Below are positions 37,513 through 48,800 of a stretch of 64,000 bases of DNA, piece by piece (position 1 is the stretch's first letter; every line of letters starts with the position of its first letter). The notes beneath the pieces are model-generated. The model did not search any database. It saw only the letters and a program-made list of their open reading frames with translations, and was not told the DNA's origin. Both the position numbers and the translations under genes were made by a program. The DNA comes from Candidatus Multivoradales bacterium (GTDB lineage Bacteria; Acidobacteriota; Thermoanaerobaculia; Multivoradales; Multivoraceae): the NCBI GenBank assembly GCA_965223325.1, contig CBDCWI010000001.1, positions 960,001 to 1,024,000 of the forward strand, written 5' to 3'.

Positions 37513-38790
37513 TCAACCTGAAACTCCGAACAGACCTCTGAGATAGGGGTTGAGCATCTTGTTCTCCGGATCGCATTGACGCCGTAGCTCGAGAAAATCC
37601 GGCCAGCGCGAATAGAGCGCCTGGAGCTCGGTAGCCCCCAGGGAGTGAATCTTCCCCCAGTGCGGGCGTCCGCCGTACTCGCGCAGGATCGGCTCGGCGA
37701 CTTCGAAGACCGGTCGATGGTCGAGCGCGGCGTCTTGATGAACGGCGATCACGGCAGAGTCACGTTGGTAGAAGGGGCTCAGCCAGAGATCGTCCGCTTT
37801 GACGGTGCGAAACTCAATCGGGAACAGTACCGGCAGGTCAGCCTGCTCGATCGCAGCCAGGACAGCCTGCAGGCATGCGGCGCCGGACTCTACCGGCACG
37901 GCGTACTCCATCTCGTTGAAGAGATCACTGCGCTCGGAAGGGAAGATCTCGTGGGCAGGACCCAGGTCTTCGGTAGGAGTGGTGCGCAAGAGCGCCCGAG
38001 CAAACGCCTCGCGAGCAGCTCCAGGATCGGAGCGGTTGAGCTCGAGAAGCCTGGCGAATCCACCGCCCGAGGAGTCGGCGGCGCGAACGGTCTCGCCGCG
38101 GTCTGGATCGTAGGGCTCGCGGGAGAGTGTCTTGGCGAGCACCAGGCCGAGGAACGGGAAGGCGAAGAACTCGAAGTGGCGATGCTGATCGCACAGCGCC
38201 GGCCACCCAGCGAGCAGCTCGTCGGTCTCCTCGACCCAGACTCGTTCGCGCAGGTTGTAGCGCGCGTCACACTGCAGCTCGATCTCGGTCACCACACCGA
38301 GGGCGCCCAGAGAAACGACGGCACCACGAAGAGCATCGAGATCGGCTGAATCTCCGAACCGTCGCAGCGTTCCATCGGGCAGAGCGATCTCGAGCCCGGT
38401 CACAGTGCTTGCGATGCAGCCGAGCCCTTGCCCTGTCCCATGGGTCGCCGTTGCCAGCGCCCCTGCTAATGCCTGGCAGTCGATGTCACCCTGGTTGGCA
38501 AGCGCCAGGCCGTCCTTCGCGAGGGCCGGACCGAGGTCGTGAATCGTCGTTCCTCCTGCAACCTGCGCTCGGCGCGTCGACTTGTCGACACCGATCACGC
38601 CCGACATCTTCTCGAGGCTGATCAGGGTGGCGCCTGTCGGAACGAGTCTGCTGAACGAGTGCCCGCTCCCAGCCACGCGCACATTCGAAGCGCCGGCGAG
38701 CGCACCCTGGAGGGAGGAAACATCGGGCGGGGTGAGAAACGCCGCGGGTTCACAGTCGACGTTCCCGGACCAGTTCTTCCAGTGACTCAT
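37513..38790 (-). CDS. FAD-linked aldonolactone oxidase (D-arabinono-1,4-lactone oxidase family)
   Basis: 'WKNWSG', 'GSGHSFS', 'GALATATHGTG', 'EMEY', 'GGRPHWGK'. Confidence 0.9.
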   Translation of the reverse strand: MSHWKNWSGNVDCEPAAFLTPPDVSSLQGALAGASNVRVAGSGHSFSRLVPTGATLISLEKMSGVIGVDKSTRRAQVAGGTTIHDLGPALAKDGLALANQGDIDCQALAGALATATHGTGQGLGCIASTVTGLEIALPDGTLRRFGDSADLDALRGAVVSLGALGVVTEIELQCDARYNLRERVWVEETDELLAGWPALCDQHRHFEFFAFPFLGLVLAKTLSREPYDPDRGETVRAADSSGGGFARLLELNRSDPGAAREAFARALLRTTPTEDLGPAHEIFPSERSDLFNEMEYAVPVESGAACLQAVLAAIEQADLPVLFPIEFRTVKADDLWLSPFYQRDSAVIAVHQDAALDHRPVFEVAEPILREYGGRPHWGKIHSLGATELQALYSRWPDFLELRRQCDPENKMLNPYLRGLFGVSG

Positions 38791-39012
38791 CGGTGCTCCC
38801 TCGATACTCGAGTAGTCACAGTACAACGCTGCTCCTCGTTCTCGCCCCAGTCCCGCGATCAGAACCGCGCCCCTCACCGCCATGGAGTCTCTGTGCACCG
38901 GAGACCCTTGGGTTCTGAACGCAGAACGGCCCCACACCAGAAGGGCGGGGCCGCTCGCTACCGAGATCGACTCGCCGCACAGGCGGACTCGATCTCGAAA
39001 CCTCGGTCCTGA

Positions 39013-39435
39013 TCAGTGAATCTCGATCTGCCGACTGCGCGCCTTCTCGGCCTTCGGCAGCTCGACCGTCAGCACGCCGTTCTCGAACGTCGCCTTGACC
39101 GCCTCAGAGTCCACCGACGTGGGCAAGTGGAAGGTACGACTGAAGGAGCCGTAGGTGCGCTCGATGCGATCGAACTGCGGGCCGTCCTCGCGCGCTTCGA
39201 ACTTGCGTTCGCCCGAGAGAGTGAGGGTGTCGTTCTCGAGGGCCAGGTGAATGTCATCGCGGGTCATGCCCGGAAGGTCGACCTGGACGAAGAAGGCTTC
39301 CTCGGTGCGGCTGAGATCGACGCGCGGCGAGAAGTCCGAAGTGTTACCGCCGCGGCGCGTCGCCTCGTCGAAGAAGGACTCGATGAGACCGGTGAAGGGA
39401 TGGTCATTGCGACGGCTCAAAGACTTGGTGTTCAT
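39013..39435 (-). CDS. Hsp20/alpha-crystallin small heat-shock protein
   Basis: 'PRVDL', 'DLPGM', 'ERTYGSFSRTFHLP', 'ATFENGVLTVELPK'. Confidence 0.95.
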   Translation of the reverse strand: MNTKSLSRRNDHPFTGLIESFFDEATRRGGNTSDFSPRVDLSRTEEAFFVQVDLPGMTRDDIHLALENDTLTLSGERKFEAREDGPQFDRIERTYGSFSRTFHLPTSVDSEAVKATFENGVLTVELPKAEKARSRQIEIH

Positions 39436-39534
39436 GCTTCTCTCCTTGGATGAGGGGCCCGGCAGGGGCCCGTTGGGTTGGTTGACTGGGAAAAAGCAGG
39501 CGCCGCTGGCGCCTCTTCCGACCTCTTCAACCTG

Positions 39535-39562
39535 ATTGTATACGACTCATATTCCATGTCAA
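39535..39562 (-). promoter_or_regulatory. Sigma70-type promoter of hsp20
   Basis: Minus strand TTGACA-16 bp-TACAAT. Confidence 0.6.
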
Positions 39563-39711
39563 GAAGAATCTGATGATCTTTTAGTCAGATTTGTCAAAGG
39601 GTCGGCAGGAGGAGTCCCTTCCTTTCTCTCGCTTCACTTCCTTTCGGCTTCGCACTGGGGGCGACACGCGGCCCGATCTCGAGAGAAGAACGACACGCTG
39701 TACGACCCCAT

Positions 39712-39740
39712 TTGCCACCCCATCGGATTGTTCGTATAAT
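39712..39740 (+). promoter_or_regulatory. Sigma70-type promoter of the giant adhesin gene
   Basis: TTGCCA (39712-39717), 17 bp, TATAAT (39735-39740) in an AT-rich patch. Confidence 0.7.
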
Positions 39741-39805
39741 TTGATAGCTTGAAAATCGAGTTTTTCTATTTTCTCGGCAACAACTCTTTCTTTGTGAGGC
39801 TCCCC

Positions 39806-42800
39806 ATGAGCACCCATCGCCCGGCGGTTGTACCCCTTCTTGCGACCCTCTTCCTGTTCGCGCTCAGCGCACCGACCGCGGCGCAAGTCACCCTGCCCTG
39901 GAGTGAGAACTTCGACAGTACGACCAATGCGACGTACACCACGGCCTCGACCATCGTGGGGGCAACCAACTTCGCCTATGACCCCGGCGCCGCGGACAAC
40001 GGCCGTGTGCGAACTCGAGCGATCACAGGCAACGGCGGTTCGATCGGCTCGTTGGCCTTTGACACTTCGAGCGGAAGCGCCGACAACTTCGTCAACCTCA
40101 CCCTCGACCTGTCGTCCTACAACACCAGCCAGACCATCCTGCTCAACTACTACAACAACGACATCGGAGACGAGACCCACTCGCAGGACCAGGTCTGGGT
40201 TCGTGGCTCGAGCGTCGACTCATGGCTGCTGGTCGAGAGCTGGCAGAACCGCACTACCCATGTGTGGATTCCGCACAAGGACATCAACCTCACCTCGATC
40301 CTGGTTGCCGGCGGACAGAGCTTCAGTGCCACGACGGCCATCCGCTTCGGCCAGTACGACACCGTCGGCATTTCTGGCGACGGGCTTGGAATCGACGATG
40401 TCTGCGTTCGCGTCCAGGGTCAGAGTTGCCCGGGGACGACCTCCGGCACCGCGTCGATCGGTGACCGCATCTTCATCGACGCCAACGGCAACGGAATCGA
40501 CGACGGCGAGTCCGGCTACCCAAACGCCGAGGTCCTGCTCCGGGCCAGTACTTGCACTGGCGTCGTCCTCGATGTTGCGACCACCAACTCCACCGGCGCC
40601 TACGACTTCACCGGCCTCGCCGCGGGTACCTACTGCGTCGACGTCAGCGCCTCGACGATCAGCTACGTCTATACCCTGACCACCAGTAACGAACCGCTGA
40701 CCAAGACCCTCACTGCTGGAGAGGACTATAACGGTGCCGACTTCGGCTATCAGAATCAGACCGGCTCGATCGGCGACCGCATCTTCAACGACGCCAACGG
40801 CAACGGTACCGACGATAGTGAAGCCGGCATCAGTGGGGTCCAGCTCTACCTGCGGCAAAACAGTTGCTCCAACGGCCCGAGCTACCTTCGAACGACCAGT
40901 GCCACTGGCGCGTACGACTTCACAGGCATCGCGCCCGGCACCTGGTGCGTCGACGTTCTCGAAAACACCTTGCCCGCCGGCTACACGCTGACGACCGCCA
41001 ACGAACCGAAACTGGTCACCCTCCCCGCACTCGGCGACATCAACAACGTCGACTTCGGTTACCAGGCCCCGGCCCCGGTCCTACCCTTCTACGAAGACTT
41101 CGAAGCAACAAGTAGCGCGACCTACACTACGGCGGCGACGATTGTCGGCGCGACAGACTTCAGCTACGACCCGGCAACCGTCGATACCGGCCGCCTGCGC
41201 ACGCGGGCCATCGCCGGCCACGGCTCATCGACCGGTGTTCTCAGCATGGATGCCACCGGCGGCAACTCGGACAACTACGTCATTCTCGAGCTCGACCTCT
41301 CGGCGTACGCAGTGGCCTCCGACACTGTCGTTCTGGACTACTGGTTCATCGACCACCAGGACGAAACCCACGCCACCTACGACACGGTCTGGGTTCGCGG
41401 CAGCAACACCGACACCTGGATCGAGCTCAACTCCTGGCAAGGTGGCTCGGTCAATGTCTGGGTGCAGAAGACGTCCCTCGACATCACCGATGCACTGTGT
41501 AAGGGCCCGGCGCCGCTCCCCAGCTGCACCCCGTCGAGCCCGGTCCAGGATTTCAGCTCGACCTTCCAGATTCGCTGGGGACAGTACGACAACACAACCA
41601 TCGCCGGCACCGACGGGATGAGCTTCGACGACGTCTGCGTTCGCAAATCGACACAGACCTGCTCACCGCCACCGACCGGCACGGCCTCGATCGGCGATCG
41701 GGTTTACAACGACGTCAACGGCAACGGCGCGGATGACAGCGAGGCGGGTCTGAGCGGGGTCCAGGTACACCTGCGCTCCGGCAGCTGCGGAGGAGCCATT
41801 CTCTCCTCCAAGACCACCACCTCAACGGGCGCCTACGACTTCACCAGTCTGGCCGCGGGTACCTACTGCGTCGACGTCAACGCTGCAACGCTGCCCTCGG
41901 GCTACGTCCTCACCACCTCCAACGAGCCCTACCTGAAGACGCTGACAGCAGCCGAAGACCACAACGGCGCCGACTTCGGCTACCAACAACAGAACGCCTC
42001 GATCGGCGACCGGGTCTTCCACGACGTCAACAAGAACGGCACCGATGACAGCGAAGCCGGCCTTTCCGGCGTCACGGTCCAGCTGCGCTCGGGCAGCTGT
42101 TCCGGTTCGGTCGTAAGCACCAAGGTCACGACAAGTACTGGTGCCTACGATTTCACCGGCCTGGCGGCGGGTACCTACTGCGTGGATGTGACCGCGGGCG
42201 TGCCTGCGGGCTACTCCTTGACCACGAGCAACGAACCTCTCACCACGACGATCGCTGCCGGCCAGGACTACAACAGCGGCGACTTCGGCTACGCGCTGAG
42301 TACTGGTGTGACGCTGCCTTACATCGAAGACTTCGAAAGCACGACTAGCGCCACCTACACCACGGCCTCGACGATCGCTGGTGCCACCAAGTGGTCGTAC
42401 GACCCGGGAGCTGCCGACAACGGCCGACTGCGCACGCAGGCGCTGGCAGGCAACGGCGGCTCGACAGGTGCGCTCATCCTCGACACCTCGAGCGGCTATG
42501 CCGATGGGTTCGCGGTGCTGACCCTCGACCTGTCGTCCTACACCACCGCGCAGACGATTCTGATCGACTACTACATCAACGACATCGGCGATGAGACCCA
42601 CACCCAGGACAAGGTCCACGTACGCGGCTCGAGTTCCGATCCCTGGGTCGTGGTCGAGAACGCCTGGGCCAACAACTCCAACCACTACACCTGGATGCCG
42701 CACAAGAACCTCGACTTGAGTGCGATTCTGCTGGCGAACAGCCAGAACTTCTCCTCGACAACTGCCGTGCGCTGGGGACAGTACGACAACGCATCGACCA

Positions 42801-45800
42801 ACGCTGACGGCCTGGGAATCGACGATGTATGCGTCCGAGTCGCTGGCCAGAGCTGCGGCGGCTCGACCGGGACCGGCTCGATCGGCGACCGGGTATGGAA
42901 CGACATCAACGGAAACGGCACCGACGACTCGGAAGCCGGCCTCGCCGGTGTCCAGGTGATGCTCAAGTCCGGCACCTGCGGCGGCGTCGTCCTCGACTAC
43001 CAGGTCGTACCCGCCAGCGGCGCCTTCGACTTCACGAACCTCGCCGCCGGTACCTACTGCGTCGATGTCAACGCGTCGACCGTTCCGAGCGGCTACTACC
43101 TGACGACCAGCAACGAACCGCTGACCTACACCCTCGCCGCCGCCCAGGACTACAACGGTGCCGATTTCGGCTACCAGTACCAGGCCGGTTCGATCGGCGA
43201 CCGGGTATGGAACGACGCCAACGGCAATGGCATCGATGACTCGGAAGCGGGCATCTCAGGCGTCCAGATCTACCTGCGCGCCAACTCGTGCTCGAATGGC
43301 CCGAGCTACGGCAGGACCACCCTGGCCGATGGTTCGTACGACTTCACCAACATTCCGCCCGGCACCTGGTGCGTCGACATCATCGAGGCCTCGCTACCTG
43401 CCGGCTACACGCCCACGACGACCGAGCCGGTGCTGGTCACCCTTCCGGTCCTTGGTGACATCAACACCGCCGACTTCGGCTACTGCTCCGGTTGCGGGAG
43501 CAGCGTGCCTTCGATCGGCGACCGGATATGGAACGACGCGAACGGCAACGGCACAGACGACTCCGAGGCCGGCATCTCCGGCGTGACCGTCAACCTCCGC
43601 TCTGGAACCTGTAGCGGCTCAGTCACCGCGACCAAGGTGACGACCTCAACCGGCGCCTACGATTTCACCGGCCTGACCGCCGGCACCTACTGTGTCGACG
43701 TCGACGCGTCGACCCTGCCGGCAGGCTTCGTGCTGACTACCGGCAACGAACCGCTGACCTACACCGTCGGCGCCGCTGAGGACTTCAACGGTGCCGACTT
43801 CGGCTACCAACAGCAGAATGCCTCGATCGGCGACCGTGTCTTCGACGATGCCAACGGCAACGGAACAGACGACTCGGAAAGCGGTATCCAATCGGTCACC
43901 GTGTGGCTCAAGAGTGGCAGCTGCTCGGGCTCGACGGTCTCGACGAAGGTGACAACCGCGACCGGCGCCTACGACTTCACCGGCCTCGCCGCCGGCACCT
44001 ACTGCGTCGACATAAGCGAAGCCACCCTCCCCGCGGGTTACAGCCTGACCACCTCCAACGAACCGAAGCTGGTCACCCTCACCGCCGGTCAGGACGACAA
44101 CACCGCCGACTTCGGCTACAGCAACTCGCCACCGACCGTCGGCACGATCGGCGACCGTGTCTGGGATGACCTCAACAACAACGGCGTCGACGACGGCGAG
44201 CCCGGACTCAATGGAATCGAGTTCTTCCTCCGCTCCGGCTCTTGTACCGGCAGCGTGGTCGACTTGGTCACCAGCAACGCCTCGGGTGCCTATGACTTCA
44301 CCAACGTCTCGGCCGGCACGTACTGTGTGGACGTGCGGGGCTCCTCCATACCGTCGGGCTACTCTCTGACCACCGGCAACGAACCGTTGCTCGTCACCCT
44401 CGCCGCGGGCCAGGACTACAACAGCGCCGACTTCGGCTACCACCGTGCCGCCTCGATCGGTGATCGGGTCTACGACGACACCAACGGCAACGGCTTCGAC
44501 GACGGTGAACCCGGTCTTTCCGGGGTCAACGTGCGCCTACGCTCGGGTTCGTGCGCCGGCTCGATCATCTCGAGCCAGGCGACGTCGGGCGGTGCCTACG
44601 ATTTCACCGGGCTTTCGGCAGGCACCTACTGCGTCGACGTGCAGGAATCAACCCTGCCGCCGGGTGGCTACGCGCTGACCAGCGCCAACAACCCGATGCT
44701 AGTCACCGTCACCAACGGCCAGGACTGGAACGGTTCGGACTTCGGCTATCGCATCGGCGGGCCAGTGTTGGCACCGATCACGGCGACCTACGAGAACACC
44801 ACGGCTTCGGCTGTCGATGAGATCTCGAAAACCCTGACGCCGTGCAGTACACCTCTTAAGAGGACCTTTGTGGTGGCCGACAGCATCACGCTCTCTGATG
44901 TCAACGTCGCCCTCAACATCAGTCACCCGAGGCCCTACCAGATGTCGATCGACATCAAGGGACCAACCGGCCTCACCCGGACCATCGTGTCGGGGAATGC
45001 GTCGACCTCAGACCCCAACATCGACGCCATCATCGACAAGGCGAGCTCTCTTCCCCTCGATGATGGTGATCGTCTCGATAACGTCGGGGTCCCCTACTAC
45101 GACCGCGTTGCGACACCGTACGTGATGGGTGGCGGCCTATCGCTCGACGACTTCAACGGCACCGACTCGCAGGGCACCTGGGAGCTTCTCATCTGCGACT
45201 GGCTGCCCGGCTATCACGGCACCTTCCACCGCGCCCAGCTGCAACTCTCGGGCACCGGAGTTGGAGGCTCTTCGGTGGGCAACCGAGTATGGCTCGACGC
45301 GAACGCCAACGGCATCGACGACGGCGAGGCCGGAATCTCCGGCGTGCGGGTCGACCTGCGGCACGGCAGCTGTGCAGGCGCGATCGTCGACTCGAAGCTG
45401 ACCTCGGCCACCGGCGCCTACAACTTCACCGCCATCCGGCGCGGGCAGTACTGTGTCGATGTCGACGAGTCGACGCTACCAGTCGGTGCGGTGCTCTCCG
45501 GTGGACTCGAACCGCACCTGACTTCGGTCCTGACCGCCGGCCAGGCCTACAACCAGGCCGACTTCGGCTACCGCATCGACAACGCCTCGGTCGGTGACCG
45601 CGTCTGGAACGACGTCAACTCAAACGGCAGCGACGACTCCGAGCCCGGTCTGGCGGGAGTCAGGCTCGTGCTGCGACAGGACGACTGCAGCGGCCCCGTG
45701 CTCGCCATGCAGATCACCGATACGAGTGGTGCCTACGACTTCACCCAACTGGGCCCCGGCGACTATTGCGTCGACGTCGACGAGGCGAGCCTGCCCGCCG

Positions 45801-48800
45801 GCAGCACGCACACCGGCGGCACGGAACCCCGCTTGCTGACCCTCAACCCGGGTCAGGATCTCAATACGGTCGACGTTGGCTACAACGCCCCCGGCACCGG
45901 CACCGGCTCGATCGGCGACCTGATCTACGAAGACGTCAACACCAGCGGCACCTACGACGCCGGCGATCTACCGCTTCCGGGAATCGTCGTAGAACTTCAG
46001 AGCGCCGGCTGTACCGCCGGAGTGAACTGCCCCCGGACGACCACCGACTCTTCCGGTCAATACCTCTTCGGCAACCTCCCTGCAACGACCTTCAACGTCA
46101 AGTTGGTCAACAGTCTCTTGCCCACCGGCACGATCAAGACCACGATCGATCCGATCAATGTCGCGCTCGGCGCCGGCCAGAACTACACCACCGCCGACTT
46201 CGGACTCGACACACCGGTGATGATCCGCGGTTGCTTCTGGGAAGACAAGAACTACGACGGGATCCGCGGCCCCGGGGAAGACTATGGAATCAGCGACGGC
46301 GTCTCGTTGCGCGCTCAGCGTACCGTTTCGCCGTTGACGACCTACTCCGCTTCGGTCAACTACGCGACCGGCTGCTACGAGATCACTGGCTTCTCTGCGG
46401 CAGAGCACACCTTGTCCGCCAACCTCAAGACCGCCTACTCCTTCAGCGACATCTCACCGCTCAACAGCGCCGGAAAGAACGGCATGCGGTGGCACACCCT
46501 GGTTGACATCGGCGGCGATGAGCAGTTCGACAACGACTTCGGACCTGGCGATGGCTACTACATCCACGGCGGCGTCCACGGGCCGGTCTTCACGCACAAC
46601 GGCATTGGAACGGTCAGCAACATCGACGTCGGCTACGTCTGGAACCCGGTCCTCGGCGACAAGGTCTGGCACGATGTGGACCAGGACGGCACTCAGGATG
46701 CCTCAGAGCCCGGTGTGCCAGGTGTAACCGTCGAGGTCTGGCGGCCCGACGGGACGGTGCCGTACTACACCACGGTCACCGACCATGACGGCACCTGGGA
46801 GGCTGGCAACTTCTTCTCGCGCCGTGCGATTGGCAAGGCCTCGGAACTCACCCCGGAAGATGACCACCGCGAAGGCGACATGTTGCCCGGCGAGTGGTAC
46901 GTAAAGTACATCCTGCCCAACGGCACGGCCTATCAGTTCAGTCCCCAGGACGCCGCCGGAGACGATGCCTTAGACAGCGACGCCAATGCATCCGGCCAGA
47001 CCGACGTCTTCACGCTGCTTTCGAACAGCACGAAGGACGAGGCCTCTGACCCGGACTACGATGCCGGCGTCTACACCTCCTGCTCGTCGACCTCCGGCAA
47101 GATCAAAGGAATCGTCTTCCAGGACTACAACGGCAACGGCTTCATGGATCCACTCGAGGGCTTCTTCGCTGGCACCGTAGTCAAGGCATACGACAAGACC
47201 AACTCGGTCATCGCCTCGACGACCACAGCCAGCGACGGCACCTACGCGTTGTCGGTGCCCAACGGCAAGGCGGTGCGCATCGAGTTCAGCAGCCTCGCCA
47301 ACAACTCGAACCCCGGCCCGGTCGGGAACGGTGCAGGCGCCACGGTGCAGTTCGCCACCAGCCCGGCGTGTGGAGTCAACCTGGCAATCACCCGTTTCGA
47401 GGACTACTGTCAGCCGAACCCACGGGTGGCAAGCGCCTGCTATGTCGAGTCGGGCGGCGACCAGTCTCTGGCAGCAATCCTCGACGTGCCTTGGGACATC
47501 TCGGAGGCCGACCCACCATGGTTCCAGAGTGGTTTGCACAACTACCCGGCCGACGCCTCAGAGATCGGTTCGGTCTACGGGCTCGCCTACCATCGCTCGA
47601 GCCAGCAGCTTCTGGCCGGCGCAATGGCGAGTGCTGGCACCAACCTGCCGCCTGACGGCCTCGGCGCGATCTACTCGATCGACTACAAGACAACCCCCGA
47701 GACCATAACGTTGTTCATCGACGTCGCCGCGGCGATGCAGTCGAGGTTCGGAATCTCGAACTACTCGGGAACGATCGCCGATCCTCCGCCGGCTGACGAT
47801 CCCAAGATCGCCAAGGTCGGCCTCGGCGATATCGAGCTGAGCGACGACCAGCAGACTCTGTGGGTCATGAGCATCGCGGACTCCTATCGCGAGCTGCTCG
47901 AGCTGCCTCTCGGTGCCGGTGGAACGGCACCAGCACCGGCGGACATCGAGCGCCATCCGCTGCCGTTGAACCAGCTCGACTGCACCAACGACAACGACAT
48001 CCGGCCCTGGGGCCTGGGGATGAACCACTCCGACTCCAATGACGACCTGGTCTACGTCGGAGTGGTCTGCAGCGCTGAGAGTACTGGCGACGTCGAGAAC
48101 CTGCGCGCCTACGTTTATACCTTCAACCCAACCGGCAACACGTGGGCGCAGATCATCAACATGCCGATCGCATGGAAGCACTACGACTACAACTCCTCTT
48201 ACTGGCAGGAGTGGGAAGACTCACAAGACGACGCCGAACCGGTCATTGCCGACATCGAGTTCGACCGCGGCGACATGGTGCTCGGCATCCGGGCCCGCGG
48301 TGGCGACTCTGCGCACAACGCCTCATCACCCACTGGCGACATGATTCGCGTCTGCAAGTCGGGCGCCGTCTGGGAGGTCGAGTCCAACGGCACCTGCGGC
48401 GGACGCACAACCCTGGGGGCCAACAGCGCTCAGGGCATCGGCGGCGGCGAGTACTACTGGGCCGACGACTCAGCGAACGGGTGGGGTGAGATCTTCACCG
48501 GTGGCATGGCGACCCGTCCCGGCTTCTCTGAACTGGTGGCAGCCAACAAGGACGGCCACTACCGGTGGCACAACGGCTTCTCCTGGGTGACCAGCATGGG
48601 CAACCGCACGCGTATGTACGACATCTTCGAGGGCCACGGCAACCAATACGGTAAGACCAACGGTCTCGGCGACGTCGAAGTCCTGTGTGACGCTCCACCG
48701 ATCGAAATCGGCAACCGGGTCTGGGCCGACATCGACGAGAACGGAATTCAGGACCCAGGTGAGTCTCCGCTCGCCGGCGTCGCCCTCGAGCTGGTCGACG

